A DNA stretch of 64,000 bases from Escherichia coli (GTDB lineage: Bacteria > Pseudomonadota > Gammaproteobacteria > Enterobacterales > Enterobacteriaceae): assembly GCF_030384885.1 (NCBI RefSeq), contig NZ_CP128613.1, one strand, 5' to 3'. Numbering within the stretch: position 1 is the first letter of the stretch; the number at the start of each line of letters is the position of its first letter. Below are positions 22,742 through 35,085 of this stretch, one piece after another. The notes under the pieces are model-generated. The model searched no databases and was not told the DNA's origin. It saw only the letters and a program-made list of their open reading frames with translations. Position numbers and translations under genes: made by a program.

Positions 22742-23419
22742 TCAGTGTTTACACAGGAGCTGCTCCAGTTCGTGCAACGAAGAAACGGTCCAGGTAGGCG
22801 CGATGCCTTCTGGTTGCTCGCGATTGTGCGCATTCAGCCAGCAGGTCGCAAGCCCGGCGTTGATGCCACCGAGAATATCGGACTCGGCAGTGTCGCCAAC
22901 CATCAGCACGCGTGAACGGTCAGGATTGCCCGCCTGTTCCAGCGCATAATCGAAAATTTTCTTATTCGGTTTGGCTACGCCAACTTCTTCGGAAATCACC
23001 AGCAAATCGAAATAATCACGCAGGCCCGTGCGTTCCAGACGCACTTGCTGCAAGGCGCTAAAGCCGTTGGTGATGATGCCGATTTTGGCGTTGCCGCGAA
23101 TGGCATTAAGCAGGGAAACCGCGCCCGGCAGCGGCGTGCAAATTTCCGCCATCGCATTAATGAAGGCCTCGTTGAGTTTACCTGGCTCGACGTTCAGCCG
23201 TTCGGCCCAGCTCTCAAAACGCCCGTGCTGAAGCTGTAATGAAGTGATCGCGCCGTTTTGATAATCTACCCACAGGGGCTTGTTAACGGCCTGATAGTCC
23301 TGAAAATCTTCAGCGGTAAAAGTGACGCTGTAATCAAGAAACATCCGCTGCAGGCCGGTGAACGAGTCAAAGGTAAACAGCGTTTCATCGGCATCAAAGA
23401 AAATCCAGTCCCACTTCAT
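22742..23419 (-). CDS. yjjG: HAD-family pyrimidine 5'-nucleotidase YjjG
   Basis: 225-aa ORF with HAD motif [10 protein letters not shown]. Confidence 0.9.
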   Translation of the reverse strand: MKWDWIFFDADETLFTFDSFTGLQRMFLDYSVTFTAEDFQDYQAVNKPLWVDYQNGAITSLQLQHGRFESWAERLNVEPGKLNEAFINAMAEICTPLPGAVSLLNAIRGNAKIGIITNGFSALQQVRLERTGLRDYFDLLVISEEVGVAKPNKKIFDYALEQAGNPDRSRVLMVGDTAESDILGGINAGLATCWLNAHNREQPEGIAPTWTVSSLHELEQLLCKH

Positions 23420-23433
23420 TATTCCACCTTGTC

Positions 23434-23880
23434 TTACATACTGATTGGCAACGCCATGATGATGGCGTCTTCGCGACCGTCCTTGGTGGGGTAGTAATTG
23501 CGGCGAATCGTCGCCTCGTTAAAGCCTAAACTTTCGTACAGGGCAATGGCGGCAGCGTTTGAGGCACGGACTTCCAGCCATAGCGTCGCCACGCCGCGTT
23601 TTTCCAGTTCGTCGATCAGATGTTCCAGCAGCGCCCTTCCCAGTCCCTGACGCTGATAGTCAGGATCGACCGCAATATTGAACAATGTAGCTTCATCCAG
23701 CACCACTTGCGTAATCGCAAACGCCGCCATTTTGCCGTTTTGCGTTAACTGAAAGTTGAGATAACGCTCGCCCTGATTACTGGCAAAGGTTTTTTCACTC
23801 CACGGAAAGGCGTGGGCGCGTTGTTCAATGTGGAAAGCCGTTGGTAAATCAGTCGTTTCGAGGGAAGAAATCGTGTTCAT
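23434..23880 (-). CDS. rimI: Ribosomal protein S18-alanine N-acetyltransferase RimI
   Basis: 148 aa from [12 protein letters not shown]...; GNAT motif [10 protein letters not shown]; start overlaps the holD end. Confidence 0.92.
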   Translation of the reverse strand: MNTISSLETTDLPTAFHIEQRAHAFPWSEKTFASNQGERYLNFQLTQNGKMAAFAITQVVLDEATLFNIAVDPDYQRQGLGRALLEHLIDELEKRGVATLWLEVRASNAAAIALYESLGFNEATIRRNYYPTKDGREDAIIMALPISM

Positions 23881-24262
23881 ATGTGCAAATTTGTTGCCAT
23901 AACGCGGCGCGTGCCGTTGGGTTTGCCCGTAATTCGGTGAGCGCCGGTGATGCCACCTGAGCGCCTTCCAGTGATAGCGGTTCATCAGTACCCAACCGCC
24001 AGCTGTTGCAGCGACTGCCTTGCGGCAGCATCGCGATTTTTTCTGGCGTCAGTTGCAGCACTTGATCGGGGCTGACGGTTAATGCACGCAGAACATCGCT
24101 CACCAGAGGATCGGTCAGGGCGGGAAGATCGTTTGCCACCATCACCAGACGGACGTGTGCCGGGATCGCAATGGCAATCTCCCCCTGCAACGCGCCAGGG
24201 CGACGCAGCGACCACTGGGTAATGCCCAGCTGCTGTAACTGCCAGTCTCGTCGGGATGTCAT
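23849..24262 (-). CDS. holD: DNA polymerase III psi subunit HolD
   Basis: 137-aa ORF; known holD–rimI overlap arrangement. Confidence 0.92.
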   Translation of the reverse strand: MTSRRDWQLQQLGITQWSLRRPGALQGEIAIAIPAHVRLVMVANDLPALTDPLVSDVLRALTVSPDQVLQLTPEKIAMLPQGSRCNSWRLGTDEPLSLEGAQVASPALTELRANPTARAALWQQICTYEHDFFPRND

Positions 24263-24364
24263 AGCGAATCGCTCCTGTTGTCAGGGGCGCAAATATAGCA
24301 AATTCGTCGATACCGCGCCAACATATGGCTATAATCGCCGCCAGTATCAATTGAGGAGCATTCC

Positions 24365-25396
24365 ATGTCTGCATTTACCCCGGCAAGTGAAGTCTTGCTG
24401 CGTCACAGTGATGATTTCGAACAAAGCCGTATTCTGTTTGCCGGAGACTTACAGGATGACCTGCCCGCGCGTTTAGATACCGCGGCCAGCCGTGCTCATA
24501 CCCAGCAATTCCACCATTGGCAGGTGTTAAGCCGCCAAATGGGTGATAACGCCCGTTTTAGCCTGGTGGCAACGGCGGATGACGTCGCAGATTGCGATAC
24601 GCTGATTTACTACTGGCCGAAGAACAAACCGGAAGCCCAGTTTCAGTTAATGAATTTACTTTCTCTGCTGCCGGTGGGGACGGATATTTTTGTTGTTGGC
24701 GAGAACCGCAGCGGCGTGCGCAGCGCCGAGCAGATGCTTGCAGATTATGCGCCGTTGAATAAAGTCGACAGCGCCCGTCGCTGTGGCCTCTATTTTGGTC
24801 GTCTGGAAAAACAGCCGGTATTTGATGCCGATAAATTCTGGGGCGAATACAGCGTCGATGGCCTGACGGTGAAAACGCTGCCTGGCGTGTTTAGCCGCGA
24901 CGGTCTGGATGTCGGTAGCCAGTTGCTGCTCTCGACGTTAACTCCGCACACGAAAGGTAAAGTGCTGGATGTCGGCTGCGGTGCAGGCGTTCTTTCAGTT
25001 GCCTTTGCACGCCACTCACCGAAGATTCGTCTCACGTTGTGCGATGTTTCTGCGCCAGCAGTTGAAGCCAGCCGTGCAACACTTGCGGCCAACGGTGCTG
25101 AAGGTGAAGTCTTTGCCAGCAACGTCTTTTCTGAGGTGAAAGGTCGTTTTGATATGATCATCTCCAATCCGCCGTTCCACGAGGGGATGCAAACCAGTCT
25201 GGATGCAGCACAAACGCTGATTCGCGGCGCGGTGCGTCATCTTAACAGCGGCGGCGAGCTGAGAATTGTGGCGAACGCCTTCCTGCCTTACCCGGACGTG
25301 CTGGATGAGACATTTGGCTTCCATGAAGTGATCGCGCAAACCGGGCGCTTCAAGGTGTATCGCGCCATTATGACCCGCCAGGCGAAGAAAGGTTAA
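24365..25396 (+). CDS. rsmC: 16S rRNA (guanine1207-N2)-methyltransferase RsmC
   Basis: 343-aa ORF with SAM-binding [11 protein letters not shown] and NPPFH motifs. Confidence 0.93.
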   Translation: MSAFTPASEVLLRHSDDFEQSRILFAGDLQDDLPARLDTAASRAHTQQFHHWQVLSRQMGDNARFSLVATADDVADCDTLIYYWPKNKPEAQFQLMNLLSLLPVGTDIFVVGENRSGVRSAEQMLADYAPLNKVDSARRCGLYFGRLEKQPVFDADKFWGEYSVDGLTVKTLPGVFSRDGLDVGSQLLLSTLTPHTKGKVLDVGCGAGVLSVAFARHSPKIRLTLCDVSAPAVEASRATLAANGAEGEVFASNVFSEVKGRFDMIISNPPFHEGMQTSLDAAQTLIRGAVRHLNSGGELRIVANAFLPYPDVLDETFGFHEVIAQTGRFKVYRAIMTRQAKKG

Positions 25397-25399
25397 GTA

Positions 25400-25585
<186 letters not shown>

Positions 25586-25696
25586 GGACATTTTTCCAGC
25601 AATTACACCTCCGTCGATAATTAACTATTGACGAAAAGCTGAAAACCACTAGAATGCGCCTCCGTGGTAGCAATTCTTTTTAAGAATTGATGGTAT

Positions 25697-25783
25697 GCGA
25701 AGGTGGCGGAATTGGTAGACGCGCTAGCTTCAGGTGTTAGTGTCCTTACGGACGTGGGGGTTCAAGTCCCCCCCCTCGCACCA
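25697..25783 (+). tRNA. leuQ: tRNA-Leu (CAG), copy 1
   Basis: 87-nt sequence GCGAAGGTGGCGGAATTGGTAGACGCGCTAGCTTCAGGTG...CGCACCA: long variable arm, CAG anticodon, encoded CCA. Confidence 0.93.
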
Positions 25784-25811
25784 AAAACCACGTTGATATT
25801 GCTCGCACTGG

Positions 25812-25898
25812 GCGAAGGTGGCGGAATTGGTAGACGCGCTAGCTTCAGGTGTTAGTGTTCTTACGGACGTGGGGGTTCAAGTCCCCCCCCTCGCACCA
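25812..25898 (+). tRNA. leuP: tRNA-Leu (CAG), copy 2, with one substitution in the variable arm
   Basis: Identical to copies 1 and 3 except GTGTTC in place of GTGTCC (C to T) in the variable-arm stem. Confidence 0.93.
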
Positions 25899-25931
25899 AA
25901 CGAGGCGATATCAAAAAAGTAAGATGACTGT

Positions 25932-26018
25932 GCGAAGGTGGCGGAATTGGTAGACGCGCTAGCTTCAGGTGTTAGTGTCCTTACGGACGTGGGGGTTCAA
26001 GTCCCCCCCCTCGCACCA
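25932..26018 (+). tRNA. leuV: tRNA-Leu (CAG), copy 3
   Basis: Identical to copy 1. Confidence 0.93.
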
Positions 26019-26056
26019 ATTATCTTTACTTCCTTTCTTGTTTCTTCCTTGTTTTT

Positions 26057-26293
26057 TCATCCCTGATTCCAGTTCATTATCATCAGCATGACGCCAGCAA
26101 TAAGCGCCAGGCACGATGGTAGCAAAATGTAATGCCGTAACTGTTTGTGATACAACATCACTGGCGTCAACACCAATCCCATCAGAATAACAATCCGCCA
26201 CTGATCCGGCGATAAATCCCCATACGTCAGCCCTGCAATCAGCAATCCTGGCAGCAACACTCCCCAGCCACTGCCCAGCATACGTTGCAACAT
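26057..26293 (-). CDS. yjjZ: Small inner-membrane protein YjjZ
   Basis: 78 aa from MLQRMLGSGWGVLLPGLLIAG...; hydrophobic; position between the tRNAs and fhuF. Confidence 0.6.
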   Translation of the reverse strand: MLQRMLGSGWGVLLPGLLIAGLTYGDLSPDQWRIVILMGLVLTPVMLYHKQLRHYILLPSCLALIAGVMLMIMNWNQG

Positions 26294-26311
26294 GGTTTCA
26301 TCTCTTTCATT

Positions 26312-26330
26312 GATAATGATAACCAATATC
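26312..26330. promoter_or_regulatory. Fur-box-like sequence in the yjjZ/fhuF intergenic region
   Basis: GATAATGATAACCAATATC resembles the Fur consensus GATAATGATAATCATTATC; a second half-site (AATCATTATCATT) lies at about 26401-26419, just before fhuF. Confidence 0.5.
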
Positions 26331-26433
26331 ATATGATAATTTTTATCATTTGCAAGCCAGAGAAATCCCTTGCTATCGGGTAAACCTATCGCTAGGATTA
26401 GCAATCATTATCATTTAGATTACTATCCCGATT

Positions 26434-27222
26434 ATGGCCTATCGTTCCGCACCGCTCTATGAAGATGTTATCTGGCGAACGCATCTCCAGCCGCAGGATG
26501 CTGGACTTGCAGAAGCAGTACGGTCGACGATCGCAGAAAATCGTGAACATTTGCTGGAGTTTATCCGCCTGGATGAACCCGCCCCATTCAGTGCCCTGAC
26601 GCTGGCGCAATGGTCATCACCGAATGCGTTAAGTTCTCTGTTAGCTGTTTATTCCGATCATATCTACCGCAATCAACCAACGATGATCCGCGAGAATAAG
26701 CCGCTGATCTCCCTGTGGGCGCAATGGTACATCGGCCTGATGGTGCCGCCATTAATGCTGGCCCTGTTAACGCAGGAAAAAGCATTAGATGTGTCGCCGG
26801 AACATTTCCACGTTGAGTTTCACGAAACCGGACGCGCCGCCTGTTTCTGGGTCGATGTGTATGAAGATAAAAACGCAACACCACATTCACCGCAGCAGCG
26901 AATGGAAACGTTAATTAGCAAGGCGCTTGTTCCGGTTGTGCAAGCATTAGAAGCGACTGGAGAAATTAACGGTAAACTTATCTGGAGTAATACCGGTTAT
27001 TTGATCAACTGGTACCTCACTGAGATGAAGCAGCTGCTCGGCGAGGCGACGGTTGAATCGCTGCGCCATGCCCTCTTTTTTGAGAAAACGCTCACTACCG
27101 GTGAAGATAATCCACTCTGGCGTACCGTGGTGCTGCGCGACGGCCTGCTGGTGCGCCGCACTTGCTGCCAGCGTTATCGCTTGCCGGATGTGCAGCAATG
27201 TGGTGACTGTACGCTGAAATAG
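26434..27222 (+). CDS. fhuF: Ferric-siderophore reductase FhuF (2Fe-2S)
   Basis: 262-aa ORF ending with the C-terminal Cys cluster CCQRYRLPDVQQCGDC. Confidence 0.92.
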   Translation: MAYRSAPLYEDVIWRTHLQPQDAGLAEAVRSTIAENREHLLEFIRLDEPAPFSALTLAQWSSPNALSSLLAVYSDHIYRNQPTMIRENKPLISLWAQWYIGLMVPPLMLALLTQEKALDVSPEHFHVEFHETGRAACFWVDVYEDKNATPHSPQQRMETLISKALVPVVQALEATGEINGKLIWSNTGYLINWYLTEMKQLLGEATVESLRHALFFEKTLTTGEDNPLWRTVVLRDGLLVRRTCCQRYRLPDVQQCGDCTLK

Positions 27223-27260
27223 AAAAATTTGCCGGGGAAGTAAACCCGGCATTAAGCGTA

Positions 27261-27938
27261 TTAATAGGGGTGCAACACGTTACTTGCTTCGCAATGACGC
27301 ATACATAACAGAATGTCCGCGGCCTCCAACAACCCTGCATCAGAACTGACGCCCAGTTTCGACATTACATTAAATTTATGCGCGCGGATCGTTTTGATAT
27401 TGCGTTTAAGCTGCTCGGCAATTTGTGTCATTGAGTAGCCACGCGACATAAAGCGCAATATTTCTCTCTCCGTCGGGCTTAGCGTCCGGCTTTGGTTAAT
27501 GTACCACTGATTGTTCAATCGGTCGGTCGCCTGACGCACACCATTTAATGACAAAAAGAGTTCTTGATGAAAAATCTCCAGCGTCGACGCTTTACTTAAT
27601 ACACCGTCCAGCGGTGATGGCGACAATGAACCAATCAGCCGAGCTTCAATATCATCATCCGCAATAACTAAACGTCGGGTACGCGGAAACTTAATCGCCA
27701 GTTCAGTCAGGCAAGATAATCCCTCTCTGCGTTTACTTCTCATGGCAGAAAAAGAAAAAATGACCGCCGCAAATGAGATCCGCGACATGGCATCCTGAAA
27801 TGACTCCTGACTGGTATAGATATGGAGCTTATAAGGGTTACCCGCAAATTTTCTGAATAAACTCTCAATACCGATACTGCTCATGACGCATTTTTCTATG
27901 AGTGCGACATTTCTCTTCTTAATTCGGCTGTGTTCCAT
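27261..27938 (-). CDS. bglJ: LuxR-family transcriptional regulator BglJ
   Basis: 225-aa ORF with C-terminal LuxR-type HTH; overlaps yjjQ. Confidence 0.88.
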
Positions 27939-28621
27939 TCTGCGGCATCTCCATAAACAGAAGGCAAGTTAAGTTCTCTTGCACCCTGCGCGCTATTTAT
28001 CCATGCATACATTTCAGCGTTGCTGTGAATTGCCAGTCGACGCATCGCACTGTTTTTTTGGGCGCTGATAGTTTTATTACTTTTCTTAAGCAATGAAGCT
28101 ATCTGGTTGATGCCCCATCCTTTACCTAATAGCCGCAGTACTTTGCGCTCTGAAAGAGTGAGAATAACGGAGCGATAGCTAAAATCATGCGTTTCAGTCA
28201 TTGCCGGAGAGGTCAGCATGGCACTGATACGCTCTGCGTGCGTATTGCCAGAACGCACGGTCTTGACCAGATTCTCAATGGGTTCAACATCAGACAATAA
28301 TGTCGCCGTAGGGCACATGAGCAGTTCTACCGCCTGGGAATACCAGGAGCGTGACACCATGAAAACCCAGTGAATTTCCCGATATTGTGAGATTAAAGAA
28401 TAATAATGCTCACAAACAGAACGAGGATCTTCACTTTCACCGGCTAAATCTGCAATAACTAATCCGGAACGACGTAATTGTAATAAGGTAAGGTCCTCCG
28501 CAGAGGCGCTGGATATTATTTCATATTCAGGGAAGTGAGTCCTCATGACCTCTTTTAACCCTGCTTGCATAACAGGTATTTTACTGATAACAATTCCATT
28601 TTTGCAGCATCCTGGCAACAT
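27896..28621 (-). CDS. yjjQ: LuxR-family transcriptional regulator YjjQ
   Basis: 241-aa ORF with C-terminal LuxR-type HTH; upstream of and overlapping bglJ. Confidence 0.88.
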
Positions 28622-29241
28622 ATTTCCTCCACATCCACTGTCTAAAAATCATGATGGTCTATTCAGGATATTCATTCCTTAAATGTTTCCAGCAAATTAA
28701 TAGATTAAGCGAATAAATTATCCTTTGCATTCACTTTCATATCAGCATACTCCTGCTGCACAATAACTCCACTGCATGTGTCAGAAGGTTAGCATCAAAT
28801 GATAACCTGGTGAAATAGCCTGGAGACATTTAAAATATCTACATTAAGTTGTTAGAAATACTTAATGAAAAACAGAATTCTCATTCATTTAATTTATAAT
28901 TAAAAAATATTTCTTCTCGCAAAATAAAAAATCACACAATCAATATTTATTCAATAAAATCTGATAGTTTTATCTTTTGTAAAGCCTAAAAAAGCACTCA
29001 GTTATCGATAATCCCGATTCGTAAAAACCAGACCATACATTCATTATGTCGATAATATTCACGTTATAATTTATTTACAGCTTGAGATTATTCGTTTTTT
29101 ACCCTCCGAGCCTCTCCCGATAACCAGGATTAATCAGCGCAATTTTGATCTTAACCTGCCGCAAAACAACCGCGCTTCATGATACAAATGGATTCTCATA
29201 ATTTGAACAATACGCAGCGCGTCTATGACAAAGGGCGAGTT

Positions 29242-30476
<1,235 letters not shown>

Positions 30477-30583
30477 AATTGCCTCACTTAAAGCACGCGG
30501 ATGAGAGACAGCCTCCTCTCCTCCGTGTGTTACTATAAAAGTTATCTCCCTTCTCGTTCATCGTTCCATATTTGAGAAACAGT

Positions 30584-31123
30584 ATGTCTTCCAGAGTTTT
30601 GACCCCGGACGTCGTTGGTATTGACGCCCTGGTACACGATCACCAAACCGTTCTGGCAAAAGCTGAAGGCGGTGTGGTTGCCGTATTTGCTAACAATGCC
30701 CCGGCGTTTTATGCCGTCACGCCTGCGCGCCTGGCTGAACTGCTGGCGCTGGAAGAAAAGCTGGCGCGTCCAGGAAGCGATGTCGCTCTGGACGATCAAC
30801 TCTATCAGGAACCGCAAGCCGCTCCCGTTGCTGTACCCATGGGGAAATTCGCCATGTATCCGGACTGGCAACCCGATGCCGACTTTATCCGCCTGGCGGC
30901 GCTATGGGGCGTGGCGCTAAGAGAGCCGGTGACCACCGAAGAACTGGCCTCATTCATTGCCTACTGGCAGGCGGAAGGTAAAGTCTTTCACCATGTACAG
31001 TGGCAACAAAAACTGGCGCGCAGCCTGCAAATCGGCCGTGCCAGCAACGGCGGACTGCCGAAACGAGATGTGAACACGGTCAGCGAACCTGACAGCCAAA
31101 TTCCACCAGGATTCAGAGGGTAA
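30584..31123 (+). CDS. dnaT: Primosomal protein DnaT
   Basis: 179 aa from [30 protein letters not shown]... Confidence 0.93.
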
Positions 31124-31125
31124 CG

Positions 31126-31863
31126 ATGAAAAACGTTGGCGACCTGATGCAACGCCTGCAAAAAATGATGCCTGCCCATATCAAACCCGCATTCAAAACG
31201 GGCGAAGAACTGCTGGCCTGGCAGAAAGAGCAAGGGGCAATCCGCTCCGCCGCTCTCGAACGTGAAAACCGGGCGATGAAAATGCAGCGCACCTTTAACC
31301 GCTCCGGTATTCGTCCACTGCATCAGAACTGCTCCTTTGAGAACTATCGCGTTGAGTGTGAAGGGCAGATGAATGCGTTAAGCAAAGCACGCCAGTATGT
31401 CGAAGAGTTTGACGGCAACATCGCCAGCTTCATCTTTTCTGGCAAGCCAGGAACCGGCAAAAACCATCTGGCGGCGGCAATCTGCAACGAGCTACTGCTA
31501 CGCGGTAAATCCGTATTGATCATCACCGTGGCCGATATTATGTCGGCGATGAAAGATACCTTCAGGAATAGCGGTACCAGCGAAGAACAACTGCTTAACG
31601 ATCTGAGCAACGTTGATCTGCTGGTGATCGATGAGATCGGTGTGCAGACCGAATCAAAATACGAAAAAGTGATCATCAACCAGATCGTCGATCGCCGCTC
31701 TTCTTCCAAACGCCCAACCGGGATGCTGACCAACAGTAATATGGAAGAGATGACCAAGTTGCTGGGCGAACGCGTGATGGATCGTATGCGCCTGGGTAAC
31801 AGTTTGTGGGTGATCTTCAACTGGGATAGCTACCGTAGCCGGGTAACGGGTAAAGAGTATTAA
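31126..31863 (+). CDS. dnaC: Helicase loader DnaC
   Basis: 245-aa ORF with Walker A GKPGTGKNHLA; directly follows dnaT. Confidence 0.95.
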   Translation: MKNVGDLMQRLQKMMPAHIKPAFKTGEELLAWQKEQGAIRSAALERENRAMKMQRTFNRSGIRPLHQNCSFENYRVECEGQMNALSKARQYVEEFDGNIASFIFSGKPGTGKNHLAAAICNELLLRGKSVLIITVADIMSAMKDTFRNSGTSEEQLLNDLSNVDLLVIDEIGVQTESKYEKVIINQIVDRRSSSKRPTGMLTNSNMEEMTKLLGERVMDRMRLGNSLWVIFNWDSYRSRVTGKEY

Positions 31864-31911
31864 TCCCCGTTTCTGGCGGTATACTGCGACACAATTCCAC
31901 ATTGAGTAATA

Positions 31912-32406
31912 ATGATGAAAACTGTTAAACACCTTCTGTGCTGTGCCCTTGCCGCCAGCGCATTAATTTCCACCGGGGTGCATGCTGCATCCTGGAAAGA
32001 TGCGCTCTCCAGCGCCGCCAGCGAACTTGGCAACCAAAACAGCACGACACAAGAAGGCGGTTGGTCGCTCGCTTCATTAACTAGCTTGCTTAGCAGCGGG
32101 AACCAGGCCTTAAGCGCAGATAACATGAACAATGCCGCAGGCATACTGCAATACTGCGCGAAGCAGAAGTTGGCTTCGGTAACCGATGCCGAAAACATCA
32201 AGAACCAGGTGCTGGAAAAGCTGGGCCTGAACAGTGAAGAGCAAAAAGAAGACACCAACTATCTGGATGGCATTCAGGGTTTGCTGAAAACCAAAGATGG
32301 TCAGCAACTCAATCTGGATAACATCGGAACGACTCCGCTGGCAGAAAAGGTGAAAACCAAAGCCTGCGATCTGGTGTTAAAGCAGGGGCTAAACTTCATT
32401 TCCTGA
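31912..32406 (+). CDS. yjjA: Periplasmic protein YjjA
   Basis: 164-aa ORF with signal peptide MMKTVKHLLCCALAASALISTGVHA. Confidence 0.85.
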   Translation: MMKTVKHLLCCALAASALISTGVHAASWKDALSSAASELGNQNSTTQEGGWSLASLTSLLSSGNQALSADNMNNAAGILQYCAKQKLASVTDAENIKNQVLEKLGLNSEEQKEDTNYLDGIQGLLKTKDGQQLNLDNIGTTPLAEKVKTKACDLVLKQGLNFIS

Positions 32407-32659
32407 TCCGCGAAACGCCGCGTTTTAGCTGTTACCCGGCTGACGCGGCTCTCTCCTGCCCTTTTCCCTGCTCCTGGACGGTTTTCCCCCTGTTACACGG
32501 GAAGCGACCGTAATCAAAAAAGTCTGTTTATAAACTAATTCCTAACAACATCGCATTTTTTTGACACTAGAATTGCAGCAATATGGCGACGCCATTACAT
32601 TGTGCTTCTCAAAAAGCTTAAACGTTGGCTAAACGGCCCGGTTTAGTGAGGATCGCCCG

Positions 32660-34951
32660 TTGTCAGAACTACTCTCTTTCGCCCTTTTTCTCGCCTCTGT
32701 GCTCATTTACGCATGGAAAGCGGGACGTAACACCTGGTGGTTTGCAGCCACGTTAACGGTGCTGGGGCTATTTGTCGTTTTAAATATCACCCTGTTTGCC
32801 AGCGACTATTTTACTGGTGATGGTATTAACGACGCGGTTCTCTATACCTTAACCAACAGCCTGACCGGTGCTGGCGTCAGCAAATACATCCTGCCGGGTA
32901 TCGGCATTGTGCTGGGGCTGACGGCGGTGTTCGGTGCGCTGGGCTGGATCCTGCGCCGTCGTCGTCATCATCCGCACCATTTTGGTTACAGCCTGCTGGC
33001 ACTCTTACTGGCGCTGGGTTCAGTGGATGCCAGCCCGGCATTTCGTCAGATAACGGAACTGGTGAAATCCCAGTCACGCGACGGCGACCCGGACTTTGCG
33101 GCTTATTATAAAGAGCCGTCGAAAACTATCCCTGACCCGAAACTCAACCTGGTTTATATCTACGGCGAAAGTCTCGAGCGAACCTATTTTGATAACGAAG
33201 CTTTCCCGGATCTCACGCCTGAACTGGGCGCGTTGAAAAATGAAGGCCTGGATTTCAGCCACACGCAGCAGCTGCCAGGAACGGATTACACGATTGCGGG
33301 CATGGTGGCTTCTCAGTGCGGCATACCGCTGTTTGCCCCCTTTGAAGGCAACGCCTCCGCCTCTGTCTCCAGCTTCTTCCCGCAGAACATCTGTCTGGGC
33401 GATATCCTGAAAAACTCGGGTTATCAGAACTATTTCGTGCAGGGCGCGAATCTGCGTTTTGCCGGTAAAGATGTTTTCCTGAAGTCGCACGGCTTCGACC
33501 ATTTATATGGCTCAGAAGAGCTGAAAAGCGTGGTGGCAGACCCACACTATCGCAACGACTGGGGATTCTACGACGATACCGTGCTGGATGAAGCGTGGAA
33601 AAAGTTTGAAGAGCTTTCCCGCTCTGGCCAGCGATTCTCACTGTTTACCCTGACGGTCGATACCCATCACCCGGATGGTTTTATCTCGCGCACCTGTAAC
33701 CGCAAAAAATATGATTTTGACGGTAAGCCAAATCAGTCATTCAGTGCGGTAAGTTGCAGCCAGGAGAACATCGCAACGTTTATCAACAAAATCAAAGCAT
33801 CACCGTGGTTTAAGGATACCGTTATCGTCGTCTCGTCTGACCATTTAGCGATGAACAACACGGCGTGGAAATACCTCAATAAGCAAGATCGCAATAATCT
33901 GTTTTTCGTCATTCGTGGCGACAAGCCGCAGCAAGAGACGCTGGCGGTGAAGCGTAACACGATGGATAACGGCGCGACGGTGCTGGACATTCTCGGTGGC
34001 GATAACTATCTCGGACTTGGTCGTAGCAGTTTATCCGGGCAGTCAATGTCGGAAATCTTCCTCAATATCAAAGAGAAAACATTGGCGTGGAAGCCAGATA
34101 TCATCCGCCTGTGGAAATTCCCTAAAGAGATGAAAGAGTTCACCATCGACCAGCAGAAAAACATGATTGCCTTCTCGGGTAGCCATTTCCGTTTGCCGCT
34201 GCTGTTGCGGGTTTCAGACAAGCGCGTGGAACCGCTGCCGGAAAGTGAATACTCAGCACCACTGCGTTTCCAGTTGGCCGATTTTGCTCCACGCGACAAT
34301 TTCGTCTGGGTTGACCGTTGCTATAAGATGGCACAACTCTGGGCTCCGGAACTGGCACTTTCCACCGACTGGTGTGTCTCGCAAGGGCAGCTTGGCGGTC
34401 AGCAAATTGTCCAGCATGTTGATAAAACAACATGGAAGGGCAAAACGGCATTTAAAGATACGGTCATCGACATGGCGCGTTACAAAGGCAATGTCGATTC
34501 GCTGAAGATTGTTGATAACGATATTCGCTACAAAGCCGACAGCTTCATTTTTAACGTCGCCGGTGCGCCGGAAGAGGTGAAACAATTTAGTGGGATTTCC
34601 CGTCCGGAGTCGTGGGGCCGCTGGTCCAACGCGCAGTTGGGCGATGAAGTCAAAATCGAGTACAAGCATCCGCTGCCGAAGAAATTTGACCTGGTGATTA
34701 CCGCCAAAGCATACGGCAATAACGCCAGCCGTCCTATTCCGGTACGCGTAGGCAATGAAGAACAAACCCTTGTGCTGGGCAATGAAGTAACCACCACCAC
34801 GCTGCATTTCGATAACCCAACCGATGCTGACACGCTGGTGATTGTGCCACCTGAACCCGTCTCAACCAATGAAGGGAATATCCTCGGACACTCGCCGCGT
34901 AAGCTTGGTATCGGCATGGTGGAAATTAAAGTGGTGGAACGTGAAGGGTAA
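32660..34951 (+). CDS. opgB: Phosphoglycerol transferase I (OPG biosynthesis)
   Basis: 763-aa ORF with N-terminal transmembrane segments and sulfatase-like domain; synteny. Confidence 0.92.
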   Translation: MSELLSFALFLASVLIYAWKAGRNTWWFAATLTVLGLFVVLNITLFASDYFTGDGINDAVLYTLTNSLTGAGVSKYILPGIGIVLGLTAVFGALGWILRRRRHHPHHFGYSLLALLLALGSVDASPAFRQITELVKSQSRDGDPDFAAYYKEPSKTIPDPKLNLVYIYGESLERTYFDNEAFPDLTPELGALKNEGLDFSHTQQLPGTDYTIAGMVASQCGIPLFAPFEGNASASVSSFFPQNICLGDILKNSGYQNYFVQGANLRFAGKDVFLKSHGFDHLYGSEELKSVVADPHYRNDWGFYDDTVLDEAWKKFEELSRSGQRFSLFTLTVDTHHPDGFISRTCNRKKYDFDGKPNQSFSAVSCSQENIATFINKIKASPWFKDTVIVVSSDHLAMNNTAWKYLNKQDRNNLFFVIRGDKPQQETLAVKRNTMDNGATVLDILGGDNYLGLGRSSLSGQSMSEIFLNIKEKTLAWKPDIIRLWKFPKEMKEFTIDQQKNMIAFSGSHFRLPLLLRVSDKRVEPLPESEYSAPLRFQLADFAPRDNFVWVDRCYKMAQLWAPELALSTDWCVSQGQLGGQQIVQHVDKTTWKGKTAFKDTVIDMARYKGNVDSLKIVDNDIRYKADSFIFNVAGAPEEVKQFSGISRPESWGRWSNAQLGDEVKIEYKHPLPKKFDLVITAKAYGNNASRPIPVRVGNEEQTLVLGNEVTTTTLHFDNPTDADTLVIVPPEPVSTNEGNILGHSPRKLGIGMVEIKVVEREG

Positions 34952-35085
34952 TTCCTGACTGATTTGTAGGTCGCATAAGGTGCGACCTACACACCTTCTC
35001 CGGCTCACAACACATTATTAAGAAACAAAAAAAACAGCGCCCAACACTTCCCCGGACGCTGCATGGCAACTTTAATAATCTCGCC

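Noticed and set aside
21425-22915. 496-aa plus-strand ORF
   Set aside because: Lies entirely antisense to prfC, whose GTPase motifs make it the real gene; shadow ORF with no RBS or domain signal.
25697-26018. Three near-identical repeats of about 87 bp with spacers of about 30 bp, superficially array-like
   Set aside because: These are tRNA-Leu genes (cloverleaf, CAG anticodon, CCA end), not CRISPR repeats; no cas genes are nearby.
25965-26201. 78-aa minus-strand ORF overlapping the third tRNA-Leu
   Set aside because: Antisense to the tRNA gene; the adjacent hydrophobic 78-aa frame (26057-26293) is the better yjjZ candidate.
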